Assembly: GCA_963713475.1 (NCBI GenBank)
Contig: CAVQLY010000007.1
Location: 64,834-128,833 of the forward strand
DNA: 64,000 nt
Source of the DNA: an uncultured Thermoleophilia bacterium
GTDB lineage: Bacteria > Actinomycetota > Thermoleophilia > UBA2241
Reading direction: 5' to 3'
In this document: piece after piece, positions 44,093-53,692 of the stretch
How positions within the stretch are numbered: the stretch's first letter is position 1
Layout: each line of letters starts with the position of its first letter
Made by a program: the position numbers and the translations under genes
Notes under the pieces: generated by a model
Databases searched by the model: none
What the model was told of the DNA's origin: nothing
The model's input: only the letters and a program-made list of their open reading frames with translations

Positions 44093-44947
44093 GTGAGCGT
44101 CAACAAGATCCTTGTCGCCGGCGCCGGCCAGATGGGCGCCGGCATCGCGCAGGTGTCCGCCGTCGCCGGCCTCGACGTCGTCATGATCGACGTCGCCGAC
44201 GAGTTCATCGCCCGCGGCATGGCCGGCATCGAGAAGGGCCTCGGCCGGCTGGTCGAGAAGGGCCGCATGGAGGCCGGCGCCCGCGACGCAGCGCTTGCCC
44301 GCATCACGACGAGCACCGACATGGCCGCCGGCGCCGACGCCGACCTGTTCATCGAGGCCGCACCCGAGTCGATGGACATCAAGCAGGGTCTGTTCGAGCG
44401 CGCCGCCGCGACGCTGCGGCCGGCCGCCATCATCGCGACCAACACGTCGAGCCTCTCGGTCAGCAAACTGGCCGCTTTCGTGACCGGCCCCGAGCGCTTC
44501 GTCGGCATCCATTTCTTCAACCCCGTGCCCATGATGGCGCTGGTGGAGGTCGTGCGCGGTGACCAGACGAGCGACGAGACGCTCGCCGCCGCCAGGGCCT
44601 TCGCCGAGGCCACGGGCAAGACGGCCATCACCGTCACGGATTCGCCCGGCTTCGTCGTCAACCGCATCCTGTTCCCGATGATCAACGAAGCCGCCAACGC
44701 CTACGACGAGGGTGTGGCGAGCGCCGCGGACATCGATACCGGCCTGAAGCTCGGCGCCAACTGGCCGATGGGACCGCTGGCGCTCGCCGACCTGGTCGGT
44801 CTCGACACCACGAAGGCCATCCTGGAGACGCTCGAGCGCGAGCTGGGCGACGGCAAGTACTCGCCGAGCTCGGCGCTGGTCAAGCTGGTCGAGGCCGGCA
44901 AGCTCGGGCGCAAGACCGGCTCGGGTTTCTACGACTACGGGAAGTGA
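44093..44947 (+). CDS. hbd: 3-hydroxyacyl/3-hydroxybutyryl-CoA dehydrogenase
   Basis: GTG 44093 after GAGGAGG. ..ILVAGAGQMGAGIAQV.. Rossmann fold, ..NTSSLS.., ..HFFNPVPMM.LVEV.., ..PGFVVNRIL... Confidence 0.85.
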   Translation: MSVNKILVAGAGQMGAGIAQVSAVAGLDVVMIDVADEFIARGMAGIEKGLGRLVEKGRMEAGARDAALARITTSTDMAAGADADLFIEAAPESMDIKQGLFERAAATLRPAAIIATNTSSLSVSKLAAFVTGPERFVGIHFFNPVPMMALVEVVRGDQTSDETLAAARAFAEATGKTAITVTDSPGFVVNRILFPMINEAANAYDEGVASAADIDTGLKLGANWPMGPLALADLVGLDTTKAILETLERELGDGKYSPSSALVKLVEAGKLGRKTGSGFYDYGK

Positions 44948-44954
44948 CGCCGAC

Positions 44955-45482
44955 GTGAGTCCCCTCGAGCACGGCTACGTCCAGCTGTATACGGGCGACG
45001 GCAAGGGCAAGACCACCGCAGCCCTCGGTCTCGTGCTGCGTGCGCTCGGCCAGGGCCTGCGGCCGGCCGTGCTCCAGTTCATGAAGGCCGACCCGAACTG
45101 GGGCGAGATCGTCACGCTCAAGAGGTTCGGTGTGCCGGTGCAGCAGTGCGGGCTCGACCACTGGGTGCGCGCCGGCAAGATCTCGGCCGAGGACCGGGCG
45201 GCGGCGGTCGAGGGCTTCGATCGCGCCCGGGCGCTGGTGGAGAGCGAGGACTACGACGTGGTGGTGCTGGACGAGCTCGTGACCGCCGTGTTCTTCGAGC
45301 TCGTCCCGCTCAGCTCCGTGCTCGAGCTCATCGCCGCCAAGCCGGCGGCCGTGGAACTGGTGATCACCGGCCGCCGCGCGCCCGACGAGCTCGTCGCGGC
45401 AGTCGACCTCGCCACCGAGATGCGGCCGCTCAAGCACTACTACGACGCCGGCGTCCAGGCGCGGCCGGGCATCGAGTTCTGA
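44955..45482 (+). CDS. cobO: ATP:cob(I)alamin adenosyltransferase, CobA/CobO/BtuR type
   Basis: ..GYVQLYTGDGKGKTTAALG.. P-loop, ..LQFMK.., ..DVVVLDEL.., ..ELVITGR... 175 aa. Confidence 0.8.
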   Translation: MSPLEHGYVQLYTGDGKGKTTAALGLVLRALGQGLRPAVLQFMKADPNWGEIVTLKRFGVPVQQCGLDHWVRAGKISAEDRAAAVEGFDRARALVESEDYDVVVLDELVTAVFFELVPLSSVLELIAAKPAAVELVITGRRAPDELVAAVDLATEMRPLKHYYDAGVQARPGIEF

Positions 45483-45495
45483 CGGAGACCGCACC

Positions 45496-46815
45496 GTGAC
45501 GCACACGCTCATCTACCCGCACACGACGGTCCACAACGCCGCCGGGCACCTCGAGATCGGCGGCTGCGACGTCGTCGACCTCGCGCACGAGTTCGGCACG
45601 CCGCTGTTCATCTACGACGAGCAGACGTTGCGCGACCAGTGCCGCGCCTATCACGCCGCCTTCGGCGCCCGCACCGACCTCTACGAGATCGTGTACGCGA
45701 GCAAGGCGTTCAGCTGCCGCGCGATGGCGGAGCTGGTCGCGCAGGAGGACCTCTCGCTGGACGTGGCCACCGGCGGCGAGCTGGCCGCCGCGCGCGCCGC
45801 CGGCTTCCCCGCCGCGCGCATCTACTTCCACGGCAACAACAAGTCGCCGGCGGAGATCGAGGCCGGCCTCGCCGCCGGCATCGGCCACTTCGTCGTCGAC
45901 TCGTTCGAGGAGATCGAGCGGCTGGAGGCGGCCGCGGCGGCCCGGAATCGCAGCCAGGAAGTGCTCGTGCGCGTCACGCCGGGCGTGCGCCCCAACACGC
46001 ACGACTTCATCCAGACCGGCCAGCAGGACAGCAAGTTCGGCTTCGGGCTGGCCGACGGGCGCGCGCACGAGGCGGTCCGCCGCCTCAAGGACGCGCCTCA
46101 TCTGGAGCTCGTCGGGGTGCACGCGCACATCGGCTCACAGATCTTCGAGCTCGACTCGTACCAGCGCGAGGTCGAGGTGCTCTTCGTCGCCATCGACGAC
46201 TGGCGCCGGGACTTCGGCTTCGAGTGCCGCATCTTCAACATCGGCGGCGGCCTGGGCATCCGCTACATCTCCACGGACCAGCCCAGCTCCATCGCGGAGT
46301 TCGCGGAGATCGCCGTCACCGCGGTGCGCGCCGGGGCGGAGAAGCACGGCATGCCCATGCCGAGGCTCTTCGTCGAGCCGGGCCGCAGCATCGCCGGCAA
46401 GGCGGCCGTGACCGCGTACACGGTGGGAACGGTGAAGGTCATCCCCGGCGTACGCACCTACGTGGCCGTGGACGGCGGCATGAGCGACAACCTGCGGCCG
46501 ATGCTCTACGACTCCAAGTACGAGGCGATGCTGGCGAACAAGGCCGAGGAGCCGGCGACGGACGTGGTCACCATCGCCGGCAAGCACTGCGAGTCCGGCG
46601 ACGTCCTGGTGCGCGACGTGCACGTCGCGCCGCCGGAGCCGGGCGATATCCTCGTCACGCCCGGCACCGGCGCGTACGGCTACGCGATGGCCAACAACTA
46701 CAATGCGCAGCCGCGCCCGGCCGTGGTCATGGTCGGCGGCGGCCGGGCGCGCGTCATCATCGAACGAGAAACCTGGGACGACGTGCTGCGCCTGCAGCGG
46801 CCGCTCGCCCCGTGA
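45496..46815 (+). CDS. lysA: Diaminopimelate decarboxylase
   Basis: ..YASKAFSC.. (PLP Lys), ..HAHIGSQI.., ..EPGRSI.., ..CESGD.., ..GAYGY... 439 aa. Confidence 0.9.
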   Translation: MTHTLIYPHTTVHNAAGHLEIGGCDVVDLAHEFGTPLFIYDEQTLRDQCRAYHAAFGARTDLYEIVYASKAFSCRAMAELVAQEDLSLDVATGGELAAARAAGFPAARIYFHGNNKSPAEIEAGLAAGIGHFVVDSFEEIERLEAAAAARNRSQEVLVRVTPGVRPNTHDFIQTGQQDSKFGFGLADGRAHEAVRRLKDAPHLELVGVHAHIGSQIFELDSYQREVEVLFVAIDDWRRDFGFECRIFNIGGGLGIRYISTDQPSSIAEFAEIAVTAVRAGAEKHGMPMPRLFVEPGRSIAGKAAVTAYTVGTVKVIPGVRTYVAVDGGMSDNLRPMLYDSKYEAMLANKAEEPATDVVTIAGKHCESGDVLVRDVHVAPPEPGDILVTPGTGAYGYAMANNYNAQPRPAVVMVGGGRARVIIERETWDDVLRLQRPLAP

Positions 46816-46840
46816 CCCTGCGGATGCGGAGGGGACCACA

Positions 46841-48151
46841 GTGGACAACGTAGGCATCGGGCTCCTCGGGTACGGCACCGTCGGGTCCGGCGTGGGCAAG
46901 CTGCTGAAGAAGAACGCCGACGACATCACGCTCGCCACCGGAAAGCAGGTGACGCTGAAGCGGGTGCTCGAGAAGGACCCGGGCTTCACGCATCCCGACC
47001 TCGATCCCGGCCTCGTCACGACCAGGATCGAGGACATCCTCGAGGACCCGGAGATCCAGGTCGTCGTCGAGCTCATCGGCGGGACGGGCGCGGCGCTCGA
47101 CTTCCAGCTCCGCGCCCTCAAAGCCGGCAAGAACGTGGTGACCGCCAACAAGCAGCTGCTGGCGCAGCACGGCGCCGAGCTGTTCGCGGCGGCGGAGGAG
47201 AGCGGCGTGCACCTCCGCTTCGAGGCCAGCGCCGTCGGCGCCGTCCCGGTGATCAAGGTCCTGCGCGAGTCCCTGGTCGCGGCCGAGGTCAAGACCGTGT
47301 TCGGCATCGTCAACGGCACGACCAACTACATGCTCAGCGAGATGGCCGCGACCGGGGCCGACTACGACGACGTGCTCGCGGAGGCCCAGCGGCTCGGCTA
47401 CGCGGAGGCCGACCCGACGGAGGACGTCGGCGGCAAGGACGCCGCGGCCAAGATGGCGATCCTCAGCTCGATCGCCTTCCACAGCCGCACCGGCCTCGAC
47501 GACGTCCCCTACGAGGGCATCACGAAGATCTCGTCCACCGACATCGCCCACGGCGGGCGGCTCGGTCTCGTCGCCAAGCTGCTCGGCGTCGCGAAGCTCA
47601 TCGACGGCCGGATGAACGTGCGCGTCTATCCGGCCTTCCTGCCGAAGGCCCACCCGCTGGCCGGCGTGGCCGGCGCCTACAACGCCGTGTTCCTGACCAG
47701 CGACGCCTTCGACGAGATCATGCTCTTCGGCCCGGGCGCCGGCAGCGTCCCCACGGCCTCCGCCGTCATCGGCGACGTCATCTCGGTGGTCAACACCGTG
47801 AAGGGCAGCTTCGTGCAGAACTGCCTCTGCTACAAGGACGTGCCGTTCTTCCCCGACGCCGAGATGGTCTCGAGGTTCTACCTCAGGTTGAGGGTGAACG
47901 ACCAGCCGGGCGTGCTCGCCAAGGTGAGCGCGCTGTTCGGCGACCACGGCGTCAGCATCCACTCCATGGTCCAGGAGGGCGGCGGCCAGGAGGCCGAGCT
48001 CGTCCTGCTCCTGCACCCGGTGCGCGAGGCGCAGTTCTTCGGCGCCCTCGATCAGATCAGTGCCCTGCCGGACGTGCACGGCGAGCCGGCGGTCATCCGC
48101 GTCGAAGGCGACGCCAGCCGGCGCCCAGAGGAGAGGAGACAGCATGACTGA
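46841..48151 (+). CDS. hom: Homoserine dehydrogenase with C-terminal ACT domain
   Basis: GTG 46841. ..IGLLGYGTVGSGV.., ..VVTANKQLLA.., ..FEASVAGGIP-like FEASAVGAVPVI.., ..GIVNGTTNYML.., ACT ..RFYLRLRVNDQPGVLAKV... Confidence 0.85.
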   Translation: MDNVGIGLLGYGTVGSGVGKLLKKNADDITLATGKQVTLKRVLEKDPGFTHPDLDPGLVTTRIEDILEDPEIQVVVELIGGTGAALDFQLRALKAGKNVVTANKQLLAQHGAELFAAAEESGVHLRFEASAVGAVPVIKVLRESLVAAEVKTVFGIVNGTTNYMLSEMAATGADYDDVLAEAQRLGYAEADPTEDVGGKDAAAKMAILSSIAFHSRTGLDDVPYEGITKISSTDIAHGGRLGLVAKLLGVAKLIDGRMNVRVYPAFLPKAHPLAGVAGAYNAVFLTSDAFDEIMLFGPGAGSVPTASAVIGDVISVVNTVKGSFVQNCLCYKDVPFFPDAEMVSRFYLRLRVNDQPGVLAKVSALFGDHGVSIHSMVQEGGGQEAELVLLLHPVREAQFFGALDQISALPDVHGEPAVIRVEGDASRRPEERRQHD

Positions 48152-49340
48152 CACGAAGGGCCGGATCGGCATCCTCACCGGCGGCGGCGACATCCCCGGG
48201 CTCAACCAGGCGATCCGCGGCGTCACGCTGCGCGCGCTCAGCGAAGGGTTCGAGGTCGTCGGCATCCGCCGCGGCTGGGCGGGCCTGGTCGAGCTCAAGC
48301 GCGACGCGGCCGCCGACAACAGCGAGTGGGTGCTGCCGATCACGAAGGAGCTCGTCGAGCGCTACGCCTACGCCGGCGGCACGTTCCTGCACTCGTCGCG
48401 CACGCGCCCGAGCGCCGTGCCGGCGAAGGACGTCCCGGCGCACCTCAAGGACAAGTACACCGCCGAGAAGAACGACCTCACGGACGAGGTGATCGCCAAC
48501 CTGGAGTTCCTCGGCATCGACTACCTGGTGCCGGCCGGCGGCGACGACACGCTCAGCTACGGCGTCGAGCTCGGCCGCCGCGGAGTCCCCGTGGTCGCCA
48601 TCCCCAAGACGATGGACAACGACGTCCCCGGCACCGACTACTGCATGGGCTTCGGCACCTGCGTGAACCGCACCATCGCGATGGCCCGTCAGGTCACCAG
48701 TTCGGCCACGTCGCACGAGCGCATCGTCGTGCTCGAGGTCTTCGGCCGCTACGCCGGCTTCACGGCGCTGCTGCCGACCTTCGCCGGCGCCGCCGACCGC
48801 TGCGTCATCCCGGAGGCCGAGTTCGACATGGAGAAGCTGACCGAGCTCCTGGTCGCCGACCGCAACGGCCGGCCCGAGGGCTACTCGGTGTGCATCGTCA
48901 GCGAGGGCGCCATGCCGTCCGGCGGCGAGATGGTCTTCATGGCCGGCGAGAAGGACATGTTCGGCCACGCCAAGCTCGGCGGGATCGGCCAGAACGTGAG
49001 CAACAAGATCAAGGAGCTCGCGCCCAAGTACAACGGCGGCAAGAAGATCGACATGATCAGCATGAACCTCAGCTACCTGGTGCGCAGCGGCGCGCCGGAC
49101 GCGATCGACTGCATCGTGCCGACCGCCTACGGCAACCTGGCGGTGGACCTGATCCTCAAGGGCGAGACCGGGCGCATGGTCGCGCTGGCGGACGGCCGCT
49201 ATGGATCGGTGCCGATCGACGAGGTCGTCTCGACCAAGAAGGTCGTCGACGTCGCGCGCTGCTACGACACGGAGCGGTACCGGCCCAAGTACGACGGCCT
49301 CGCCGGCCTGCCGCTCATGGTGCTGGGCGGCTCCGTGTGA
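48144..49340 (+). CDS. pfkA: 6-phosphofructokinase (PfkA family; ATP- versus PPi-dependence not resolved)
   Basis: ..IGILTGGGDIPGLNQAIRGV.., ..GGDDTL.., ..IPKTMDNDV.., ..LEVFGR... ATG 48144 overlaps the hom end. Confidence 0.85.
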   Translation: MTDTKGRIGILTGGGDIPGLNQAIRGVTLRALSEGFEVVGIRRGWAGLVELKRDAAADNSEWVLPITKELVERYAYAGGTFLHSSRTRPSAVPAKDVPAHLKDKYTAEKNDLTDEVIANLEFLGIDYLVPAGGDDTLSYGVELGRRGVPVVAIPKTMDNDVPGTDYCMGFGTCVNRTIAMARQVTSSATSHERIVVLEVFGRYAGFTALLPTFAGAADRCVIPEAEFDMEKLTELLVADRNGRPEGYSVCIVSEGAMPSGGEMVFMAGEKDMFGHAKLGGIGQNVSNKIKELAPKYNGGKKIDMISMNLSYLVRSGAPDAIDCIVPTAYGNLAVDLILKGETGRMVALADGRYGSVPIDEVVSTKKVVDVARCYDTERYRPKYDGLAGLPLMVLGGSV

Positions 49341-49389
49341 CTGACGCCGGCCGAATGACCGGGCCGTGCCGGGCGGGGAGGAGGGGCTG

Positions 49390-50568
49390 ATGCGCAAGCG
49401 CGTGCTCCTCGTCCCCGACGGCATGGCCGACGAGCCACAGGCGGCGCTGGGCGGCCGGACGCCGCTGGAGGCCGCCGCGACGCCCGTCATGGACGCGCTC
49501 GCACGCGGCGGCATCTGCGGCCTGGCCCAGACGGTCCCCGACGGCATGCCGCCGGGCAGCGACGTCGCCAACCTGGCCGTGCTCGGGTACGACCCGGCCG
49601 CCGTCTTCAGCGGGCGCAGCCCGCTCGAGGCGGCCAGCCTCGGCGTCGAGCTCGGACCCGACGACGTCGCCTACCGGCTCAACCTCGTGACGGTGGCCGG
49701 CGGTCTCCTGAAGGACAACACCGCCGGCCACATCGCGAACGACGACGCTCGCCGCTGCGTCGAGGCCGTGCAGGCCGAGCTGGGCAGCGACGCCTACGAG
49801 TTCCACGTCGGCGTGAGCTACCGGCACCTGTTCGTGTGGCGCGGCGGGGCGGTGGTGCCCTGCACCCCGCCGCACGACATCCTCGACCAGCCGGTGGCCG
49901 GGCATCTGCCCGGCGAGGCTGCCGGCGTGGCCGGCGCAGGCTCGCCGGCGGCCGAGCTGACGGCTCTTCAGAGCCGCGCGAGCGAGGTGCTCGAGCGCGT
50001 CCGCCCCGGCACCAGCGCGTGGTTCTGGGGCGAGGGCACGGCGCCGACGATCTCGCCGTTCCGCGACCACTTCGGCCTGAGCGGCGCCGTCGTCGGCGCC
50101 GTCGATCTCGTGCGCGGCATCGGACGGCTCGCCGGGCTCGACGTCATCGACGTGCCCGGCGCGACGGGAGGCCTCGACACGGACTACGGCGCCAAGGCGC
50201 GCGCCGCCATCGAGGCCCTGGCCGACCATGACCTGGTCTGGGTGCACGTGGAGTCGCCGGACGAGGCCGGCCACATGGGAGACCTGCGCGAGAAGGTCCG
50301 CGCCATCGAGCGCGTGGACGCGGAGGTGCTCGCTCCGATCATGGCCTGCGATGCGCGCCCCGGCGTGCTCGTGGTCCCGGACCACCTCACGCCGGTGCGC
50401 ACGCGCACCCACGCTGTGGGCCCCGTGCCGTTCGCGATCAGCGACTCGCTGCCGGGGATCGGCGGGGGCGGCGCGATGGACTACGGCGAAGCGCAGGCGG
50501 CGATGACCGGCCTCTTCGTGGAGAACGGCACCGCGCTGATGCGGCTGTTCCTCGAAGCGACGGGGTAA
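49390..50568 (+). CDS. apgM: Cofactor-independent phosphoglycerate mutase, archaeal ApgM type
   Basis: ..VLLVPDGMADEP.., ..LVWVHVESPDEAGHMGD.., ..VVPDHLTP... ATG 49390 after GGAGGAGGGG. Confidence 0.8.
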   Translation: MRKRVLLVPDGMADEPQAALGGRTPLEAAATPVMDALARGGICGLAQTVPDGMPPGSDVANLAVLGYDPAAVFSGRSPLEAASLGVELGPDDVAYRLNLVTVAGGLLKDNTAGHIANDDARRCVEAVQAELGSDAYEFHVGVSYRHLFVWRGGAVVPCTPPHDILDQPVAGHLPGEAAGVAGAGSPAAELTALQSRASEVLERVRPGTSAWFWGEGTAPTISPFRDHFGLSGAVVGAVDLVRGIGRLAGLDVIDVPGATGGLDTDYGAKARAAIEALADHDLVWVHVESPDEAGHMGDLREKVRAIERVDAEVLAPIMACDARPGVLVVPDHLTPVRTRTHAVGPVPFAISDSLPGIGGGGAMDYGEAQAAMTGLFVENGTALMRLFLEATG

Positions 50569-50719
50569 GAACCCGCCGGCGGCGTCACTTCCGGCGGCCG
50601 CCGGCCAGCACGAGCCCGACAGGCGGTGGCCGCGGCGATGAGCCCGTCCCAGGAACAACCAGAACGGCAGCCCTCCGGGCGGCAGCCCGCCGCGCAGCGA
50701 TCGCGCGGCCGACGAACCC

Positions 50720-52867
50720 GTGGTCACCACGACGAGCGCGGAGCGCTACGTGATGAGCGGCGGGCGCGCGTCGCGGCTCGCCATCAAGGAAGGCGACCTC
50801 TTCCTCTACACGAACGAGCTGGGCCAGGTGCCGGGGACGGAGAACTCCGCGCTGGGGCTGTACTACCGGGACACCCGCTACCTGAGCCGGTTCGAACTCA
50901 CCATCGCCGGCCGCCAGCCGGTGCTGCTCAGCGCCAGCGCCGACCGCGGCTACGCGGCGACCGTGGAGCTCACGAACCTCGAGGCGCGCACGACCGACGG
51001 GCACACCCTGCCGCAGGCCAGCGTGCACGTGCGCCGCACGCGCTTCGTCTCCGACCGGATGTACGAACTGCTCCGCGTGTACAACTACGACCAGCGCGAG
51101 GTGGATCTCGTCATCGACCTCCACTTCGACGCGGACTTCGCCGACCTGTTCGAGGTCCGCGGCAGCCGTCGCCGGCGGCGCGGCTCGCGGCTCGCGCCGC
51201 GGACCGCCGACGGGGCCCTGACGCTCTCCTATCTCGGCCTGGACGAGGTGACTCGCCAGACGATCATCCGCTTCCACGACCGCCCGGAGTCCATCAAGCA
51301 GGGGCGGGCGCGGTACCGGCTGCATCTGGCGCCCGGCGAACGCGCGACCATCCGCTATGACGTCCAGGTCGTCGGGCCGGGGGCGCCGGGCGAGGCCGGC
51401 GGCGAGTTCAACGCGCGGATCGGCGCCCTCCGGCATGAGCACGAGCGCTGGGAGTCCGAAGCCACCGGCATCTTCACCGACAACGACGCGCTGAACCGGG
51501 CGCTGCGCCGCGGGCAGGACGACCTGCGCATGCTGTCGACGGTCATCGACGGCGACCGCGTGCCGCTCGCCGGGCTGCCGTGGTTCGCGGCGCCCTTCGG
51601 TCGCGAGATGGCGTTCGTGGGTCTCGAGACCCTGCTCCTCGACCTCCGCTGGGCGCGGTCGGCGGCCTCGTTCCTCGGCCGCCGGCAAGGCACCGTCGAC
51701 AACGCCTTCCGCGAGGAGCAGCCCGGCAAGATCATGCACGAGTTGCGGCGCGGCGAGCTCGCGGCCGTGCGCGCCGTGCCGCACACGCCGTACTACGGCT
51801 CGGTGGACGCGACGGCGCTCTGGCTGCTGCTGGTCGCCGAGCTCGCCGTGTGGACCGGGGACCTCGACGGTTTCGAGATGCGCGGGGCCGCGGTGGACGC
51901 CGCGCTCGGCTGGATCGACGGCCCGGGCGACCCCGACGGCGACGGCTTCGTGGAGTACGAGCGCCGTTCGCGCGTGGGTCTCCGCAACCAGGGCTGGCGC
52001 GACTCCTACGACGCCGTGGCGCACGTCGACGGCACCGCGGCCCAGGGCCGCATCGCGCTCGCCGAGACGCAGGGCTACGTCTACTACGCGAAGCGCCGCC
52101 TGGCGGCGGTGTACGGTCAGCTCGGCGACGTGGAGCGCGCCGAGCGGTTGTCCCTCGCCGCGGCCAGGCTGAAGCGCTCCTTCAACGAGCGCTTCTGGAT
52201 GGAGGACGAGGGCTTCTACGCGATGGCGCTCGACGGGCAGAAGCGCCAGGTCCGCGCGGTCTCGTCGACGATCGGCCACGCGCTGTGGTCGCGGATCGTG
52301 GCCGAGGAGCACATCCCGGAGGTGGTGCACCGCCTCATGGCCCCGGACATGTTCACCGGGTGGGGCATCCGCACGCTCAGCAAGGACACCCGCTACTACA
52401 ACCCGGTGAGCTTCTACAACGGCAGCGTCTGGCCGTTCGACACCGCACTCATCGCGAACGGCCTCAAGAAGCACGGCTACGTCCAGGAGGCGGGCCGCCT
52501 CGCCTGGGGCCTGGTGGAGGCGGCCGCCGCACACGAGTACGCGCGCCTGCCGGAGATGTTCTGCGGCTTCGCGCGGCAGGCGGTCGACCGGCCGGTCTCG
52601 TTCCCCATGGCCTGCTCCCCGGACGCCAACTCGGCGGCCGCCCTGTTCCTCGTCCTGCAGTCGATGCTCGGCATCTACGCGCAGGCCGAGGAGAACATCG
52701 TCTACGTGCACAATCCGGTGCTGCCGCGCTGGCTGGGCGAGGTCACGCTCAGCAACCTGCGCGTCGGCCGCACCACGATGCGCCTGCGCTTCCGCCGTGA
52801 GGGGGCCCAGACCAGCTTCTCGGTGCTCGACAAGCAGGGTCCGGGGCGTATCGTGGTGGTAGAGTGA
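50720..52867 (+). CDS. Amylo-alpha-1,6-glucosidase / glycogen debranching enzyme-like (GDE_N_bis plus GDE_C domains)
   Basis: ..LFLYTNELG..GLYYRDTRYLS.. N-terminal domain. ..AGLPWFAAPFGRE.., ..GKIMHE.., ..YYGSVDATALWL.., ..NQGWRDS.. (alpha/alpha)6 barrel. Start 50720 (GTG) or 50751 (ATG). Confidence 0.75.
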   Translation: MVTTTSAERYVMSGGRASRLAIKEGDLFLYTNELGQVPGTENSALGLYYRDTRYLSRFELTIAGRQPVLLSASADRGYAATVELTNLEARTTDGHTLPQASVHVRRTRFVSDRMYELLRVYNYDQREVDLVIDLHFDADFADLFEVRGSRRRRRGSRLAPRTADGALTLSYLGLDEVTRQTIIRFHDRPESIKQGRARYRLHLAPGERATIRYDVQVVGPGAPGEAGGEFNARIGALRHEHERWESEATGIFTDNDALNRALRRGQDDLRMLSTVIDGDRVPLAGLPWFAAPFGREMAFVGLETLLLDLRWARSAASFLGRRQGTVDNAFREEQPGKIMHELRRGELAAVRAVPHTPYYGSVDATALWLLLVAELAVWTGDLDGFEMRGAAVDAALGWIDGPGDPDGDGFVEYERRSRVGLRNQGWRDSYDAVAHVDGTAAQGRIALAETQGYVYYAKRRLAAVYGQLGDVERAERLSLAAARLKRSFNERFWMEDEGFYAMALDGQKRQVRAVSSTIGHALWSRIVAEEHIPEVVHRLMAPDMFTGWGIRTLSKDTRYYNPVSFYNGSVWPFDTALIANGLKKHGYVQEAGRLAWGLVEAAAAHEYARLPEMFCGFARQAVDRPVSFPMACSPDANSAAALFLVLQSMLGIYAQAEENIVYVHNPVLPRWLGEVTLSNLRVGRTTMRLRFRREGAQTSFSVLDKQGPGRIVVVE

Positions 52868-52898
52868 CGCCTCACGGAGCGTCGGGGGGACGAGCGCA

Positions 52899-53684
52899 GT
52901 GACCGAGCTCACCATCGCCCACATCAGCGACATCCACGCCGGGTCGCCGTACTTCGTGCCGAGCCTCATGGACCGGGTGGTCATCGAGCTCAACGAGCTC
53001 AATCCGGACATCGTCCTGTGCGCCGGCGACCTCACCGAGATGGGCTTCCGCCAGGACTACATGACCGCGCTCGAGTACCTCAAGCGCATCGAGGCGCCGC
53101 TCGTCGTGGTGCCCGGCAACCACGACTCGCGCAACGTCGGCTACGTCCACTTCGAGGAGCTCATCGGGCCGCGCGGCAACTCGCTGATGATGGACGAGGT
53201 CGCCATCGTCGCCCTCGACTCGAGCGAGCCGGACCTCGACTACGGGCAGATCGGCCGGGCCCGCTACGGCTGGCTGCGCGAGCAGTACGCCCAGCCGGCC
53301 GCCTTCCGCATCTTCATGCTGCATCATCACCTGCTGCCGATCCCCGGTACGGGGCGCGAGCGCAGCATGGTCCTCGACGCCGGCGACCTGCTCGAGGTGC
53401 TGCAGGAGTGCGGCGTGAACCTGGTGCTCTCCGGGCACAAGCACGTGCCCTACGCGTGGCGCCTCGAGCACCTCTTCGTCGTCAACGCCGGGACCTGCTC
53501 GTCCCTGCGTCTCAGGGGCAACACCAAGGCGTGCTACAACCTCATCCGCATCCGGGGCGACCGGGTGCAGGTGGCGCGCAAGTACCCGTTCCACGGCGAG
53601 GAGACGCTGATCGACTTCGTCCCGTCCACGGGGTCGTTCGACAAGTACATCTGCCCGGTGCCGCAGGAGGAGGAGAGCAGATAA
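52899..53684 (+). CDS. Calcineurin-like metallophosphoesterase
   Basis: ..IAHISDIHAG.., ..CAGDLTE.., ..VPGNHD.., ..LHHH.., ..SGHKH.. motif series. 261 aa. Confidence 0.8.
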   Translation: MTELTIAHISDIHAGSPYFVPSLMDRVVIELNELNPDIVLCAGDLTEMGFRQDYMTALEYLKRIEAPLVVVPGNHDSRNVGYVHFEELIGPRGNSLMMDEVAIVALDSSEPDLDYGQIGRARYGWLREQYAQPAAFRIFMLHHHLLPIPGTGRERSMVLDAGDLLEVLQECGVNLVLSGHKHVPYAWRLEHLFVVNAGTCSSLRLRGNTKACYNLIRIRGDRVQVARKYPFHGEETLIDFVPSTGSFDKYICPVPQEEESR

Positions 53685-53692
53685 GCGCTCGC

